A program made the translations under genes and the position numbers. A model generated the notes under the pieces. That model had not been told where the DNA came from and ran no database searches. It saw only the letters and a list, made by a program, of their open reading frames with translations. From an uncultured bacterium (GTDB lineage Bacteria; Fidelibacterota; Marinisomatia; Marinisomatales; UBA1611), in assembly GCA_943788175.1 (NCBI GenBank), contig CALSPG010000005.1, positions 128,001-192,000 of the forward strand: DNA of 64,000 bases. Reading direction: 5' to 3'. Within the stretch, counting starts at the first letter, position 1, and the number at the start of each line of letters is the position of its first letter. Of the stretch, positions 32,297 to 42,200 are shown piece by piece.

Positions 32297-32395
32297 AATT
32301 AATCTCCTAGTCCTAATTAGATATGAAAGATGATGAAGTATGTTCTTCATACTATCATTTTGATATTACGAACAACCATCTGTTTAAAATTATAT

Positions 32396-33601
32396 TTAAT
32401 TTTGGATTTTATTATTTCTGTAGAGATCTAATCCGGAAGGAATAATTTGATCAAGTTTGCTTCTTGATTCTTTTAGTTCAAAACTAATTGGTAATTCTTT
32501 TTCAGCCTCACTCATTGCAAAAAAAGAAAATTCAACTTTTTTCTTTTGATTTTGTTTGATGTCTCCAAGTTCAAAACTGGATTTCCCGGTATTAAATACA
32601 AAGTCGCCATATAATACTGCTAGGCTTACATTTTTTGCAATTTGTTGACCATTATTTCTAATATACATTGTCGCTTGGATTACTTCTGCTGGTTCAATTA
32701 GGCCATTTTTATTGTTTTGATCATTGATATTAATATCAGTTAATACTAATTCAGGAATCGTTAATGATTTTGTATTGAGCAAAACCATACTTGGTGCATA
32801 AATATCATGTCCAAAAGATTCCGTTATATATGCGGAAATTGATACGGGTTCAGTCACCATCATTTCAGTTGCAAAGATTGTTGCAATTATCTTTTTTGTA
32901 TCGCCAGGTATTATTTTATGAATGATTTTAAAGCCATCGATATCTAAACCGCCAGAATAGTTGTTTAAATCTAGAAAAACTTCAACTCCTTGGGCATTGC
33001 CTTCACCATTGTTTACTAGATCAATAACCAATTCAGCGCTTTTATTTGTTTCTAAAATTTTTTCGTTACCTGGGATATTTAATTGGATGGATGATATCTT
33101 CAATTGTGGAGAAAGTTTTGATTTTTTATAAGATGGATATGTAGCCTGCAAATACCTTGTTACATTTTTAAGTCTATCTTTTTTGACAAATTCATCTACT
33201 AGCCAAGTACCTGATTTGGTGGTATCATCACGAAATATAATATACCCTTTTCCATCTCGTTTGTTGTTTTTGAATTCCCCTTTAAAAATTTCGCCATTAT
33301 TGTAATTATAAGAACCTAAACCGTGTTGCATATCTCTTTTAAAACTACCGGTATATTTTTCTCCATTTTTAAAAGTATAGATTCCACTCCCTCTCTTAAC
33401 ACCCGCTTTAAACCTTCCTCTGTATATATCACCATCTGGGTGAGTCCACTCACCAAAACCATCTTTTATTCCATTTTTATATGAACCTCGATATCGTTCT
33501 CCATTTACATGCGTTCCCATCTTTTTGGATAGTTGCTGGGCTTGTGTTATATCTATTATTAAACAATAGATTGTCGAGATTATGATTATATTTTTTATCA
33601 T
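32396..33601 (-). CDS. Secreted MORN-repeat protein with two Ig/CARDB-like domains
   Basis: Repeated G..Y.G.F....+.G.G units; two 'N.G...A..V' Ig-like domains. Confidence 0.8.
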   Translation of the reverse strand: MIKNIIIISTIYCLIIDITQAQQLSKKMGTHVNGERYRGSYKNGIKDGFGEWTHPDGDIYRGRFKAGVKRGSGIYTFKNGEKYTGSFKRDMQHGLGSYNYNNGEIFKGEFKNNKRDGKGYIIFRDDTTKSGTWLVDEFVKKDRLKNVTRYLQATYPSYKKSKLSPQLKISSIQLNIPGNEKILETNKSAELVIDLVNNGEGNAQGVEVFLDLNNYSGGLDIDGFKIIHKIIPGDTKKIIATIFATEMMVTEPVSISAYITESFGHDIYAPSMVLLNTKSLTIPELVLTDININDQNNKNGLIEPAEVIQATMYIRNNGQQIAKNVSLAVLYGDFVFNTGKSSFELGDIKQNQKKKVEFSFFAMSEAEKELPISFELKESRSKLDQIIPSGLDLYRNNKIQN

Positions 33602-33628
33602 AAGGGCAATTAATTTACTACAGGGACT

Positions 33629-34828
33629 TTATGCTATGAGGTTATTTTGGTCTTTTTTATTTTCTAACGTAACTAGGGTTATTTCTGATTCTACCCCTAA
33701 CCTCATTGGAGGTCCCCAATACCCAGTCCCTCTATTCACATAAATCCATGTTCCGTTGTGATTATGAAGACCAGCAGTGTAAGGATTTGCCATTCGCACC
33801 GCATAAATAAATGGCCAGAATTGACCGCCATGAGTATGTCCAGACAATTGTAAGTCTGCTCCAGCATCATGTGCATTAAAAATACTCCAGGGTTGATGGG
33901 CCAATAATATTTTGGGCGTTTCTTTTGAAACATTCCTAAACGCTAAATGTGCATCACTTTTATGAGAGGGTTTGATTGTTTTACTTCTATAGTCTGTAAC
34001 GCCACCTAAAGATATGATTCCATTGCCTCTTTTAATAATTTCATGACTGTCTAATAAGTTTGTAAACCCTAATTGATCTGTCTTATCAAGCCACTGATCT
34101 ACGCCAGAATAGTACTCATGATTTCCAGTCACAAAAAATTTTCCAATATTAGCGCTTAAATCTTTTAGAGGTTCAACATGTTTTGCTAAATAATCAACAG
34201 AGCCATCCACCATATCACCAGTGATAGCGATTAGATCAGGATTTAACTCATTTACTTTGTTTACTACGCTTTCAACGTAACCTTTTTTAATCGTTGGCCC
34301 GACATGCAAATCAGATATTTGTGCTATTGTAAGTCCTTCCATATCTTTGTGTAAATTATTAATTGGCACATTTGTTTTCATTATAGTAGGGCCCTTTCGA
34401 GCGTTATAAAGCCCCGTCAATGTAGAAGCACTTGTCGTCGTGATAATTCCAATGCTTAACATTTTTTGAATAAACTCTCTTCTTTGAGGGTCAGAAGGTT
34501 CAGGAGTATATCCAAATATGCTTGAGTATTTTGCAGCAAAACCTAAGAGTATATAAATAAGATCTTTTGTAATGACTGCCATGAATGTTAGCGCAAAAAA
34601 TCCTAAACTAATATAACCAGCCCAAGAAAACCAATCTACAAACTCTTCCTCATAACCTCTTGATCTTAAAATCATTGGTATAATAGGAAGGATGCCTAAA
34701 ACAACAACGAAACTCCAACTAATAATTTTTAGAGTGTTGTTAAGATTTAAATAGGGGATTATACGCAGTCCTACTACCGCATGCATAGTTACGAGTATTG
34801 TTGTTGCAAAAATAAAAAATAGTTTCAT
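33629..34828 (-). CDS. Membrane-anchored metallophosphoesterase (YkuE-like)
   Basis: SDLHVG, GDMVD, GNHEYY, HQP, GHTHGGQ. Confidence 0.9.
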   Translation of the reverse strand: MKLFFIFATTILVTMHAVVGLRIIPYLNLNNTLKIISWSFVVVLGILPIIPMILRSRGYEEEFVDWFSWAGYISLGFFALTFMAVITKDLIYILLGFAAKYSSIFGYTPEPSDPQRREFIQKMLSIGIITTTSASTLTGLYNARKGPTIMKTNVPINNLHKDMEGLTIAQISDLHVGPTIKKGYVESVVNKVNELNPDLIAITGDMVDGSVDYLAKHVEPLKDLSANIGKFFVTGNHEYYSGVDQWLDKTDQLGFTNLLDSHEIIKRGNGIISLGGVTDYRSKTIKPSHKSDAHLAFRNVSKETPKILLAHQPWSIFNAHDAGADLQLSGHTHGGQFWPFIYAVRMANPYTAGLHNHNGTWIYVNRGTGYWGPPMRLGVESEITLVTLENKKDQNNLIA

Positions 34829-34918
34829 TTTAAATGTTTATTTAGGTTAATAAAGGCATAGAATTTAATTCTACTCTGCTAAAAAGTATAAGTATCTATT
34901 TTTTTAGAAGGAGGAAAT

Positions 34919-35290
34919 CTATTTGTTGAAAGTCGGTTGTTTTAGAATAAAGGAAGTACCAATCATACCACATACTACTATGATTATTTTCACCCAAGGA
35001 GCCGCGGTGTAAAGAAAAATGACTACAGAAATTGAAATGAAAAACCACATCATTGATATTGAAAAGTATTTAGCTTTTTTAGGCATTCCCTTTCCTTCTC
35101 TAAATCTCATTACACTTTCACCAAAAAGAGGGTGCCTGACTACCCAGTTGTACATCCTTGTAGAACTATGAAAAAAGCAAGCCGCAGCTATAATCATAAA
35201 TATAGTTGTAGGAAGACCGGGGACAACAATTCCAACAAGCCCAAAACCTGTAAAAAGGATACCTGCTGAGAAATATGCTATTTTTATCAC
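34919..35290 (-). CDS. YbaN/DUF454 membrane protein
   Basis: GIVVPGLPTT.F...AA.CF..SS. Confidence 0.88.
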   Translation of the reverse strand: MIKIAYFSAGILFTGFGLVGIVVPGLPTTIFMIIAAACFFHSSTRMYNWVVRHPLFGESVMRFREGKGMPKKAKYFSISMMWFFISISVVIFLYTAAPWVKIIIVVCGMIGTSFILKQPTFNK

Positions 35291-35348
35291 GAAATGGGCT
35301 TTTTTATATGCAAAATTGTTTACGAGATGGAATCAAAATTAATATATT

Positions 35349-35879
35349 TTAAAGACTATTATATTTGAATGATATTACACCACCAACATATTCTACAAAC
35401 TGTATTTTGTATGTTGTGTGGTTTACCGGTTCATAAAAAACAAAAACTCTCTCTGGGTTACTAATCGAGACAGTGTGGCTTTGCATATCATACTGTAGAA
35501 CCTCATTTGTCCCGCCATATTGTACCACTGTTGAATCCTGAAAATAATCTGCCATAAACGTAGCTGGCGAAGACTCTAATTCACTAAATGTCAGGTCTAA
35601 ATATTCAGCAGCATAAACACCTCCTAAAATCAAACTTGGCATCATATAAGTAGACTGCCCCATGGAAACAGGAATCATTTGAAAAGAGAGATGCCATGCA
35701 GAAGATGAGTCAACTTCTGAACCAGATGACAAGTCATAGTAGAACCCGGATGCATTTAATTCATCGATGTCATTGGTGATAACATTCGTACTTGAATCAT
35801 TATTAGTATTTGAATCATTATCCTCACATCCTATGAAAATGAATCCAAGAAGAGATGTGGTTAATATTAGATATTTCAT
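35349..35879 (-). CDS. HmuY-like lipoprotein
   Basis: Start MKYLILTTSLLGFIFIGC (lipobox); YYDLSSG, WHLSF, YDMQSHT, YKIQFVEY..G.ISFKY. Confidence 0.7.
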   Translation of the reverse strand: MKYLILTTSLLGFIFIGCEDNDSNTNNDSSTNVITNDIDELNASGFYYDLSSGSEVDSSSAWHLSFQMIPVSMGQSTYMMPSLILGGVYAAEYLDLTFSELESSPATFMADYFQDSTVVQYGGTNEVLQYDMQSHTVSISNPERVFVFYEPVNHTTYKIQFVEYVGGVISFKYNSL

Positions 35880-35886
35880 TGTTTTA

Positions 35887-38019
35887 TTACCTTTCGTAGT
35901 TTGTTTTAATTTCAATAAAAGCGGTTCTTCCAATGTAGGGACCATATGCTTGATTTGTATGATCTCCAATATTTTTTGAACCAAAAATAATTTGATATGA
36001 TGACGAAGCTTTGTAGATGACCTGTATATCACAGGTTAAATATGACTTGACCAATTCATCAGATGATAAATAATCACCTGTAGCAGGATTAAATTCTTGA
36101 GGATAGTATTCTCCTGTGCCTTTAAAATTCAATGCATAAATCATTTTTTGATTTCCCGGAGAATAAGATAACCGTCCTCCTAATGACAGGGGAATAGTAT
36201 TAGGGATTTGGATACCGTCTTCATCTTCGTTTTTGACGTAATTAAATGTGAGACTTGATGAAAACGCATTATTAATAACCCACTTTGAAATAACTTCGAT
36301 ACCTGTGAAATATGCTTTTTCGATATTTCTATAACTAAGTAAGCCAGGTTCAATCGCATAGTCTTTTATTAAGTTTGAAAACGTATTATTATAAATAAGT
36401 GTGCTTAATTGAAAATTTTTTCTGTTTCTATACTCAACGCCAAAAGTAAAACCTTTTGATACTTCTGGTTTGAGTTTTGAATTCCCCTGGACAGTATATC
36501 CAAATTGTAAATGTTGCCAGTCAATCAAAGACTCCATGAAAGATGGTGCCCTGAATCCATGACCATAAGCTAATCGGTATACCCAGGTATCATTGTCTTT
36601 GTAAGATAATGCTAACCTAGGACTAAATACAGTAGTGTCGCCATAGGCGTCGAATCGTAACCCGGAAATAATATTGATATCTGGCGAAAAATTCCAGGCT
36701 ACTTGATTAAAAATACCAACAACATCTTTTTTCTGAACTCCGCCCGTAATCCTATCGCTTCTATACTCCGGTTTTGAGAACTCGACCCCTCCATTATATA
36801 TAATGTTGTTGAAAGATCGATTGAATAATAATTCATATTCTGTATTATTTTCTTCTGTTTTATCTTCAGTAGATACAGAGCCATCACTATTATTTACTTT
36901 ATAGTCTCGAACATAATTAGCGTTTCTTATTGTTTGTTCAATAGAAAAATCGTCTTTTACATTCCATTTATGGTTAGCTGTTATTTGGCTCCGATCAATA
37001 TTTGTTTTGTTTGTATAAAGTATTAATCCACTTGACAGTCTCGTTGCACCTTCATCAATCTGATTATATTTTTGATGAGTGATGCGGAAATAATGGTTTG
37101 TGGCTTTCCAACTAACTTCATTGTTAAAGTTAATTTTATCAATTTGGTCAGCGCTGATGTATTCAAATTGTTGGCCTTTTAAAAAATGTTGGTAAGTCAG
37201 GTCTGTTGAAAAATCGAAATATTTTAATGGAATGCTAATACTGCTTTTTAGGATAGAATTAACGGGGTCATTACTGATTTGTTTAGGTGTTCCGCCAAAA
37301 CTGCTCGCTCTGTAGCTCGTGGATATAATGGGTGAGTCGTTTAAATCCTCAGTAATAATATTAATAACGCCACCCATTGCATCTGTACCGTAAATAGCAG
37401 ATCCGGGACCTTTTGTTATTTCTATTTTTTTTAGATTATTAGTTGAAATATGATTTAGGTCTACTCTGTTGTTGAACTGGCCTGTGATAGGTTGACCATT
37501 TTTCAAAATTAAAATGTAACGAGAATCTAAACCCAGCATATTGAATATGGCTCCGCCATCAACATTTGTAGAAGTGGAAACACCAGCACGCTGTTCTAAA
37601 AGGTCGCTAATTGTAGTTGCGCCAGATTCGCTGATTTCTTTTTTCCCAATCACTTCTGTAGCTATTGGGACATCACGAAGCAAATATCCGCTTCTTGTGC
37701 TAGTCACAACAACATCATTCATATGAATCAACGTTTCATTCATCAGGACAACTAACTCATTTTGATTATTATCAAAAACTTGATAGTAATTATCAAAAGC
37801 AATGTGACTAAACATAAGTTCTGCTATATTTTGATCGTCAAGCTCAATCGAGAACCGTCCACTGTCATCTGTGACAATGCCTCTTTCGGAGACAGAGTCA
37901 TAAATATTTACTAGAGGGATAGGGTCTTTACTCTTATTGTCAATGACAACCCCGCTTAGGACTAGCTCAGAATGAGCAAGTGAAAGTGTTAAAATAAAGA
38001 GTAAGAGCCAGTTTTTCAT
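35887..38019 (-). CDS. TonB-dependent receptor (CirA/HmuR-like)
   Basis: N-terminal Ig domain, VVVTSTR, IEITKGPGSAIYGTDAMGGVINIIT plug, GFRAPS, LKPE. Confidence 0.93.
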   Translation of the reverse strand: MKNWLLLFILTLSLAHSELVLSGVVIDNKSKDPIPLVNIYDSVSERGIVTDDSGRFSIELDDQNIAELMFSHIAFDNYYQVFDNNQNELVVLMNETLIHMNDVVVTSTRSGYLLRDVPIATEVIGKKEISESGATTISDLLEQRAGVSTSTNVDGGAIFNMLGLDSRYILILKNGQPITGQFNNRVDLNHISTNNLKKIEITKGPGSAIYGTDAMGGVINIITEDLNDSPIISTSYRASSFGGTPKQISNDPVNSILKSSISIPLKYFDFSTDLTYQHFLKGQQFEYISADQIDKINFNNEVSWKATNHYFRITHQKYNQIDEGATRLSSGLILYTNKTNIDRSQITANHKWNVKDDFSIEQTIRNANYVRDYKVNNSDGSVSTEDKTEENNTEYELLFNRSFNNIIYNGGVEFSKPEYRSDRITGGVQKKDVVGIFNQVAWNFSPDINIISGLRFDAYGDTTVFSPRLALSYKDNDTWVYRLAYGHGFRAPSFMESLIDWQHLQFGYTVQGNSKLKPEVSKGFTFGVEYRNRKNFQLSTLIYNNTFSNLIKDYAIEPGLLSYRNIEKAYFTGIEVISKWVINNAFSSSLTFNYVKNEDEDGIQIPNTIPLSLGGRLSYSPGNQKMIYALNFKGTGEYYPQEFNPATGDYLSSDELVKSYLTCDIQVIYKASSSYQIIFGSKNIGDHTNQAYGPYIGRTAFIEIKTNYER

Positions 38020-38030
38020 CTTGAAAGTAA

Positions 38031-38630
38031 TTAATTAGATGAATAATTAGGATCTGTTATCAGTTGATTTAAAAGTTTTTCAACGTCTTTTTCTGAAACA
38101 GGGTCTTTTTTATCACCCATGAAGACAAGACCCATAAATAAGCCGCCTAGGGCTTTAAACATTAGTTCAGGATTTATTTTGGGGAATTCCCCTTCTTTAA
38201 CGCCATCTTCAATTAAGCCTTGTATTACCCCATATAGTCTGTGTTGATATTCTTTCCATGGCTGGCTTTCTAGTTTAATGGTCTTTGGCGCGTTGAAAAG
38301 AAACTCAAAAAGCCCAGGCCTTTCTTGTGCTTTTTCTGCAATCTTAATTAGTAGCTTTATAAAAGAGTTCCTTGGACTCCCAACATCTGCAACAATAGGT
38401 TCCAATGACTCCCAAATATTTTTCCACCCATCTTCTAAAATTTCGCTGAAAACATCTTCTTTTGATTTAAAATAATAGTAAAGAGTGGCTTTGCCAAATC
38501 CAGATTTTTGGGCGATATGGTCCATGGTTGCGCCTTCTATTCCATTTGATTTAAATACTTCTAGAGCACCAGTAAGAATTCGTTGTTTTCTTGCTTCTCT
38601 TTCTTCAATTTGTCTTTGTGATGGAGCCAT
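38031..38630 (-). CDS. TetR/AcrR family regulator
   Basis: ATMDHIAQKSGFGKATLYYYFKSKEDVF HTH. Confidence 0.93.
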   Translation of the reverse strand: MAPSQRQIEEREARKQRILTGALEVFKSNGIEGATMDHIAQKSGFGKATLYYYFKSKEDVFSEILEDGWKNIWESLEPIVADVGSPRNSFIKLLIKIAEKAQERPGLFEFLFNAPKTIKLESQPWKEYQHRLYGVIQGLIEDGVKEGEFPKINPELMFKALGGLFMGLVFMGDKKDPVSEKDVEKLLNQLITDPNYSSN

Positions 38631-38653
38631 TTGCGTTTAACCTATAGTTTGTT

Positions 38654-38673
38654 TTTCGAATCATTGGTCGAAA
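38654..38673. promoter_or_regulatory. Candidate TetR operator
   Basis: TTTCGA-N8-TCGAAA inverted repeat 24 bp upstream of the tetR start in the divergent intergenic region. Confidence 0.4.
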
Positions 38674-38861
38674 TTAAGTTCTTTGATTATAATATGTCCA
38701 AACATTTTTAATGTTGCTTGAAGGTTTTTTTAATATAATGTTTTTGAACAAATCGACATCAATCATTTGATAAGCTTTCATTGCATCTCTATATTTGTAA
38801 ACAAAATTTTTACCACATACCTAGATTTCATCGCAGTCTATAATATTAATAAGGAGAAATA

Positions 38862-39245
38862 ATGAAAACTACTATACGAACATTAAGTTCTATTTTCATT
38901 GTGTTTACAATTGCTTTTGCTTCAGAAGCAAATTTAAATGAAGAAGCTAAGAGCGTTAACAATTCAAGTAGTGACAAACAAGCGGTTAATTCTGATGTTG
39001 CGCCGATTGACATCAAGTTAATCCAAGAGACTAGAATTAAAAAAGCTATCAAGGATAAGAAGTATGCTGACTCTATACACAATAAGCATCTGCAGGAAAA
39101 AAGCCCTAGTAAAACTGATATCCAGGAAAAAGATGTTTTGAGTAGTTGGGCAAAAGATATTCAATCCAAGCTGACAGTTATAAATTTAAAAAGAGAAAAT
39201 GGTAAAAAAGCTATTGAGCTTCCATCGTCTCCTAAATCAAATTAA
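38862..39245 (+). CDS. Small Lys-rich secreted protein (partner A)
   Basis: AAGGAG RBS, signal peptide ending AFA; motif shared with 56339-56746. Confidence 0.8.
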   Translation: MKTTIRTLSSIFIVFTIAFASEANLNEEAKSVNNSSSDKQAVNSDVAPIDIKLIQETRIKKAIKDKKYADSIHNKHLQEKSPSKTDIQEKDVLSSWAKDIQSKLTVINLKRENGKKAIELPSSPKSN

Positions 39246-39257
39246 TTAGGGGCGTAT

Positions 39258-42200
39258 ATGATGAATATTAAAAGAAATAATTTTTGGTCAGCGGCCAAAA
39301 CAATTGCTGCGACTTTGTTCTTTGGGCTTTCAATTGGTAATGCTCAGGGCGTTTTTATTACAGAGATTACTGATCCAAACACCAATAGTCTTGCAACAAA
39401 TGGAGGAAGATTTGTTGAGCTATACAATAACACTGATGCCGATATAGATCTCACTGGTTGGGCTCTCCGTAGATGGACAAACGAACAAATAGATCCTCAG
39501 CCATCTGACCAGGTCCTTTCAGGTTCTATTTCCGCTGGTGGTTTTTATATAATCACTAATATTGCAGAAGGTTTTGAAAGTATTTATGGTTTTGCAGCTG
39601 ATTTAGCAATTGGTTCTGGCGGTCCTGCTGACAGTAATGGCGATGATGACATAGCTCTAATCAATTTAGCTGGAGATGTTGTTGATTTTTATGGTGAAGT
39701 AAATACTAGCTCGGGGACTGATAACACAGGAACTGTTTGGGAATTTGAAGATGGCAGAGCTGAAAGATTAGCGTCAGTTAGTAGCGCTAATGCACTAGGA
39801 ATATCATCTGAATGGAATATTGATAATGATTCTGGCGGTGGAGATGGAGTCCAAGATGTTGACAATATGGATCCTGGTTCATGGATCGGGGAGCCTGTTG
39901 AAGGTAACAGCCCTCCAGTAGTAAATCTTGGGGGTGATAAATATATTTCTGCGAACGATAACGGTGATATAGTAGTAGTGCTTGATGGCTCTGCTGCGTA
40001 TGATGTAGACAATGATGAATTGTCTTATGTTTGGTCTAAAATCCCTTCTTTAGAAGGGGTGGGCGATCTTCCAGTCGTTGAATTAACTTATCCGAATGGG
40101 ACGACAGGTGTTTTCAAATTTCAATTAGCAGTGAGTGACGGGGAGTACACTGTTAAAGACACGATAGTTTTTAACCTTTTAAATTCTTATGAAGTAAAAT
40201 TCATTGTTGATATGTCAGAAGAAACCATTGATGATGATGGTGTTAAGATTACTGGCTTAGGAGATGATTCAGTACCTATGATTGATGAAAATTCTGATGG
40301 GGTTTATTCAGCGATTGTAGATTTATTTGAAGGCGATTATACCTACAACTTTAGAAATGGTTGGAGTTATGAATCTGGTGATAATCTAGGTAATTGTGCT
40401 GGCGGCCAATATGGCAATGATCGAGGTGTTTTTGTAGACCAAGATATGGTATTAGCTTCAGTATGCTGGGAATCATGCGGCCCGTGTTTTCAAGAGCCAG
40501 AAGTTCCTAGCGCAGTTACATTTATACTTGCAGATGGCGCGGATAACACGCTACCTGAAAATCAAGATTATATTACAGAGAGTGTAAAGCTTACTAGAGG
40601 CGCGAGCGGTGCTCTTTTTAACATCGCTATTGAATCCGAATATGAGCAAGGCGTTTCTCCTGAAGGAACAGTTTGGGCCATAGGTTTAACATCTGATAAT
40701 GCATTGGATAATTTTGCTTCCTATTCTAATCTGCACGATGCTGTGAATGGCGCACTTAATGGATTCTCTGAGATTGAAGGTAAAACATTTTCAATGCATG
40801 TTGCTGGCACAGACAAATATTTTGATGTCACTTTTAATTCTTGGACAAATGGCGGAAGTGGCCAAGGTGGTCCTGCAACTCGTGGCTTTAGCTATACTAG
40901 AGTTGCTGTTGAAAATAATGAGTCAGAAGGACCAAGTTTCTCGAATTATACACTCATGGTAAAAGATGCAGAGTCTTATGATGCAGAAGTAGAAGCGACA
41001 TTACCGCCATTAAACGTTGACGGGCAAGGTGTTGTAATCGAAGTTGATTTTGATACATCTGGAGATAATGTTGGTCCTTATGTTGGTGCGTTAGGTCTGT
41101 TTTGGGATGCCAACTTTAGTGGGCAACTCGATGAAGGTGATATGAACATAGCTGATGAATTATTTAGCGATGAAGAGGGAGAGGACGAAGCCACTCCAAA
41201 TAGGGAACATGATGATGAAGATGGACCTGCTGTAATTATGTTAACAGATAACAGCCCAATGGATGAAAGCGATCAGAATGGAAAAGCCGTAGTCCGTTTA
41301 AAGGGTTTAGATTTTATGGCTTTGCAAGGGGCTACTTTCTTTTTTGCTGAGCTTAATAAAGATGGTGAATTAACAGGGACAACGTTCAAAGTTGAACCGT
41401 TCAGTAGTTCGAGTACAATTTTCACTGGTGTAGCTTCAAGAAATGTTGATAATACGAACCAGCCAATCCAGGGCGTATTTGTTTCTGTTGAGAAAGTTGA
41501 TGTGGGTTTTGATGACATGATTAACACAGATTCTGAACCAATGGCTGTCGCTATGGGACTAACGGGCTCTAATGGTGTTTATAGTTTAGGTGCTTCTTCA
41601 TTAATGGCGGGTGATACTGCAGTTGTAGGAGCAGAAACCGTTCTGGATGAAAGATTGATTGTCCTAATGGAAGACCAAGAAGGTGTTGTTGGGCACAGAG
41701 CAGAGTTTATTACAGTTGAGGGTGAAAATCATATGGCTGATATTTCTGTTATTAGATCAAATACGTTAGTTCAAGGCTATGTAACAGATTCTCAAAGCAT
41801 GTCTTTTAATGGTAGCCTTCACGTTCAATTTTTCTTAGGGTCTGACGAAAATCCAATCATGATTGAAGACCATGTTGAAATTGATGAAGGTGGCATGTTT
41901 ACTTTTTGGGCAATGAATGGTGCAGAAGTTGAACTGTCTTATTATGGGATGAGTGGAAATATTAATAGAAACTTCCTCATAGAGGCTGATGACACTATGT
42001 TTAGCGATACAATTGACGCGTATGTTTTTAATTATACTCTTGATTTGACTCCGCCAAGTGAAGCAGTGATAAAAGGTAGAGCCTTTTGGGTTTCCTTAGA
42101 TTCTAGTGGGACCAACATGGACTACACTGACATCCCATTGCCTGGCATGGAGATTAAAATATATAATGAAAATGATATGCTTTTTGCGACAACAGATGCA

